Virus record (IMG/VR): IMGVR_UViG_3300032116_000155
Location: 3,461-67,460 of that record
DNA length: 64,000 nucleotides
From: a virus
Strand: one strand, 5' to 3'
The position numbers and the translations under genes are program-made. Position 1 is the stretch's first letter; each line of letters opens with the position of its first letter. Of this stretch, positions 62,181 to 64,000 are shown piece after piece. The notes beneath the pieces were generated by a model. It ran no database searches. It saw only the letters and a list, made by a program, of their open reading frames with translations, and was not told the origin of the DNA.

Positions 62181-64000
62181 ATGAGCTTTAATTATAAAAA
62201 TCCGACTTCTGCAAGTATATTTTTTGGCCCGGTATCTGTAACCAGAGACAATGACACAGGGTCTAATTTCAGTGTTAACTCAATAGGTGGTTACATTGAA
62301 GTATATACTCTGTCAGATTTAAACTGGATAATACCATCAGGTGTTACAACATCTGGTGGATTGGTACTCTATTCAGGGAATTCAATACCAATATCATTCA
62401 GTTATAATACGCCATTAACCATTCCCGATGAACTATATTTAAACAATGACGGCATATCCTCAGGACGTAGAAGACTAGGTATGCTGGCATACGTATATGA
62501 AACTGATACAGTTTATCAGTTTCATATTTCTGATTATACCACACTTTGGGATGCAGCTTTAAGTGGGGGGTCTATAACAGAATTAAGATCGGGTTATATA
62601 GTAAAAAATGATACAACCGAAGGCACAGCTCTTTTAGACGCCTGGACAGGATCTTCTATTGAAGGTGTTAGTGGGGTTACAAGAGAAAACGCTAGATGGA
62701 GAATATTCCCGGTGGATTGCTGCCTAACAGGGGGGACATATTTCTCAGCAACAAGCGAATTACAATTATATAATAGTGATGGGTCAATAATCTCTGTTAC
62801 AGGGATTACTGCGTCAGGTGGTGGTACGTCTGGTTCAAGTGGAACATCGGGCACTTCAGGTACTTCTGGCTCAAGCGGAACATCTGGTTCATCAGGAATA
62901 GATGGCACTTCAGGTACTTCAGGTTCAAGTGGAACATCAGGTACATCAGGAACAGATGGCACTTCAGGTACTTCAGGTTCAAGTGGAACATCAGGAACAG
63001 ATGGCACTTCAGGTACTTCTGGCTCAAGTGGAACATCGGGCACATCTGGAACGGATGGCACTTCAGGTACTTCAGGTTCAAGCGGAACATCTGGCACATC
63101 AGGAACAGATGGCACTTCAGGTACTTCAGGTTCAAGCGGAACATCAGGTACATCAGGAACAGATGGCACTTCAGGTACTTCAGGTTCAAGCGGAACATCT
63201 GGTACTTCAGGTTCAAGTGGAACATCAGGTACATCAGGAACAGATGGCACTTCAGGTACTTCAGGTTCAAGTGGAACATCAGGTACATCAGGAACAGATG
63301 GCACTTCAGGTACTTCAGGTTCAAGTGGAACATCGGGCACATCTGGAACGGATGGCACTTCAGGTACTTCTGGCTCAAGCGGAACATCTGGTTCATCAGG
63401 AATAGATGGCACTTCAGGTACTTCAGGTTCAAGTGGAACATCAGGCACATCTGGAACGGATGGCACTTCAGGTACTTCTGGCTCAAGCGGAACATCTGGT
63501 ACATCAGGAACGGATGGCACTTCAGGTACTTCAGGTTCAAGTGGAACATCAGGCACATCTGGAACGGATGGCACTTCAGGTACTTCTGGCTCAAGTGGAA
63601 CATCGGGCACATCAGGAACGGATGGCACTTCAGGTACTTCAGGTTCAAGTGGAACATCGGGTACATCTGGAACGGATGGCACTTCAGGTACTTCAGGTTC
63701 AAGTGGAACATCTGGCACATCAGGCTCTTCTGGCTCAAGCGGAACATCGGGCACATCTGGAACGGATGGCACTTCAGGTACTTCTGGCTCAAGCGGAACA
63801 TCTGGTTCATCAGGAACAGATGGCACTTCAGGTACTTCAGGTTCAAGTGGAACATCAGGCACATCTGGAACGGATGGCACTTCAGGTACTTCTGGCTCAA
63901 GCGGAACATCTGGTACATCTGGAACGGATGGCACTTCAGGTACTTCAGGTTCAAGTGGAACATCAGGCACATCTGGAACGGATGGCACTTCAGGTACTTC
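62181..64000 (+). CDS. tail fibre-like protein with Gly-Thr-Ser (G-X-Y) repeat, 3' end outside window
   Basis: Absent from the ORF track because it has no stop in the window. My translation reads MSFNYKNPTSASIFFGPVS...GRRRLGMLAYVYETDTVYQF...ASGGGTSGSSGTSG and stays open to 64000. Confidence 0.85.
   Translation, partial: MSFNYKNPTSASIFFGPVSVTRDNDTGSNFSVNSIGGYIEVYTLSDLNWIIPSGVTTSGGLVLYSGNSIPISFSYNTPLTIPDELYLNNDGISSGRRRLGMLAYVYETDTVYQFHISDYTTLWDAALSGGSITELRSGYIVKNDTTEGTALLDAWTGSSIEGVSGVTRENARWRIFPVDCCLTGGTYFSATSELQLYNSDGSIISVTGITASGGGTSGSSGTSGTSGTSGSSGTSGSSGIDGTSGTSGSSGTSGTSGTDGTSGTSGSSGTSGTDGTSGTSGSSGTSGTSGTDGTSGTSGSSGTSGTSGTDGTSGTSGSSGTSGTSGTDGTSGTSGSSGTSGTSGSSGTSGTSGTDGTSGTSGSSGTSGTSGTDGTSGTSGSSGTSGTSGTDGTSGTSGSSGTSGSSGIDGTSGTSGSSGTSGTSGTDGTSGTSGSSGTSGTSGTDGTSGTSGSSGTSGTSGTDGTSGTSGSSGTSGTSGTDGTSGTSGSSGTSGTSGTDGTSGTSGSSGTSGTSGSSGSSGTSGTSGTDGTSGTSGSSGTSGSSGTDGTSGTSGSSGTSGTSGTDGTSGTSGSSGTSGTSGTDGTSGTSGSSGTSGTSGTDGTSGT
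62824..64000 (+). repeat. hierarchical coding repeat: 9-nt Gly-X-Y units in a 54-nt (GTS GTS GSS GTS GTS GTD) period
   Basis: GATGGCACTTCAGGTACTTC recurs mostly every 54 nt, with occasional units differing by multiples of 9 nt. Confidence 0.95.

Noticed and set aside
62594-63988. 464-aa minus-strand ORF (PEVPDV repeats) and the other repeat-frame ORFs 62806..63972 and 62902..63405
   Set aside because: Shadows of the + strand Gly-Thr-Ser repeat gene starting at 62181, which has a start context and a non-repetitive N-terminal domain.
62824-64000. Possible CRISPR array
   Set aside because: No unique spacers. Variation is mostly at synonymous positions and in multiples of 9 nt, so it is a coding repeat.
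1-64000. Stop-codon reassignment
   Set aside because: Long genes are intact in the standard code and TAA, TAG and TGA all end genes at sensible places.
1-64000. tRNA, rRNA or structured ncRNA genes
   Set aside because: Intergenic gaps are short and AT-rich. No cloverleaf or extended GC-rich structure was seen by eye.

Overview
An AT-rich 64 kb segment of a large (probably jumbo) T4-like myophage, standard genetic code, almost all genes on the + strand. It holds a glycosyltransferase cluster, a family B DNA polymerase, neck genes, Fe/Mn superoxide dismutase and a SNF2 helicase. A contractile tail module (terminator, sheath, tube, chaperone, tape measure, baseplate hub and wedge) is interrupted by a replication/nucleotide block (SSB, RecA-like, 5'-3' exonuclease, DnaB-like helicase, class Ia RNR). 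Baseplate, fibre and adhesin genes follow, ending in a Gly-Thr-Ser repeat fibre that runs off the window. Missing Shine-Dalgarno motifs and SprB-type repeats suggest a Bacteroidota host (inference). Main hypotheses: (1) a phage-encoded virion glycosylation system (3 GTs, 2 FkbM methyltransferases, a [S/T]-G-x-[T/S] motif enriched in virion proteins, PT and GTS repeats); (2) late proteins including SOD and a HAD phosphatase with cleavable [I/L]-x-E leaders, possibly capsid cargo; (3) a TATTTAT late-promoter motif; (4) a +1 frameshift at TTT_TTT_CGG in the tail chaperone. All calls come from reading motifs by eye; no searches were run.
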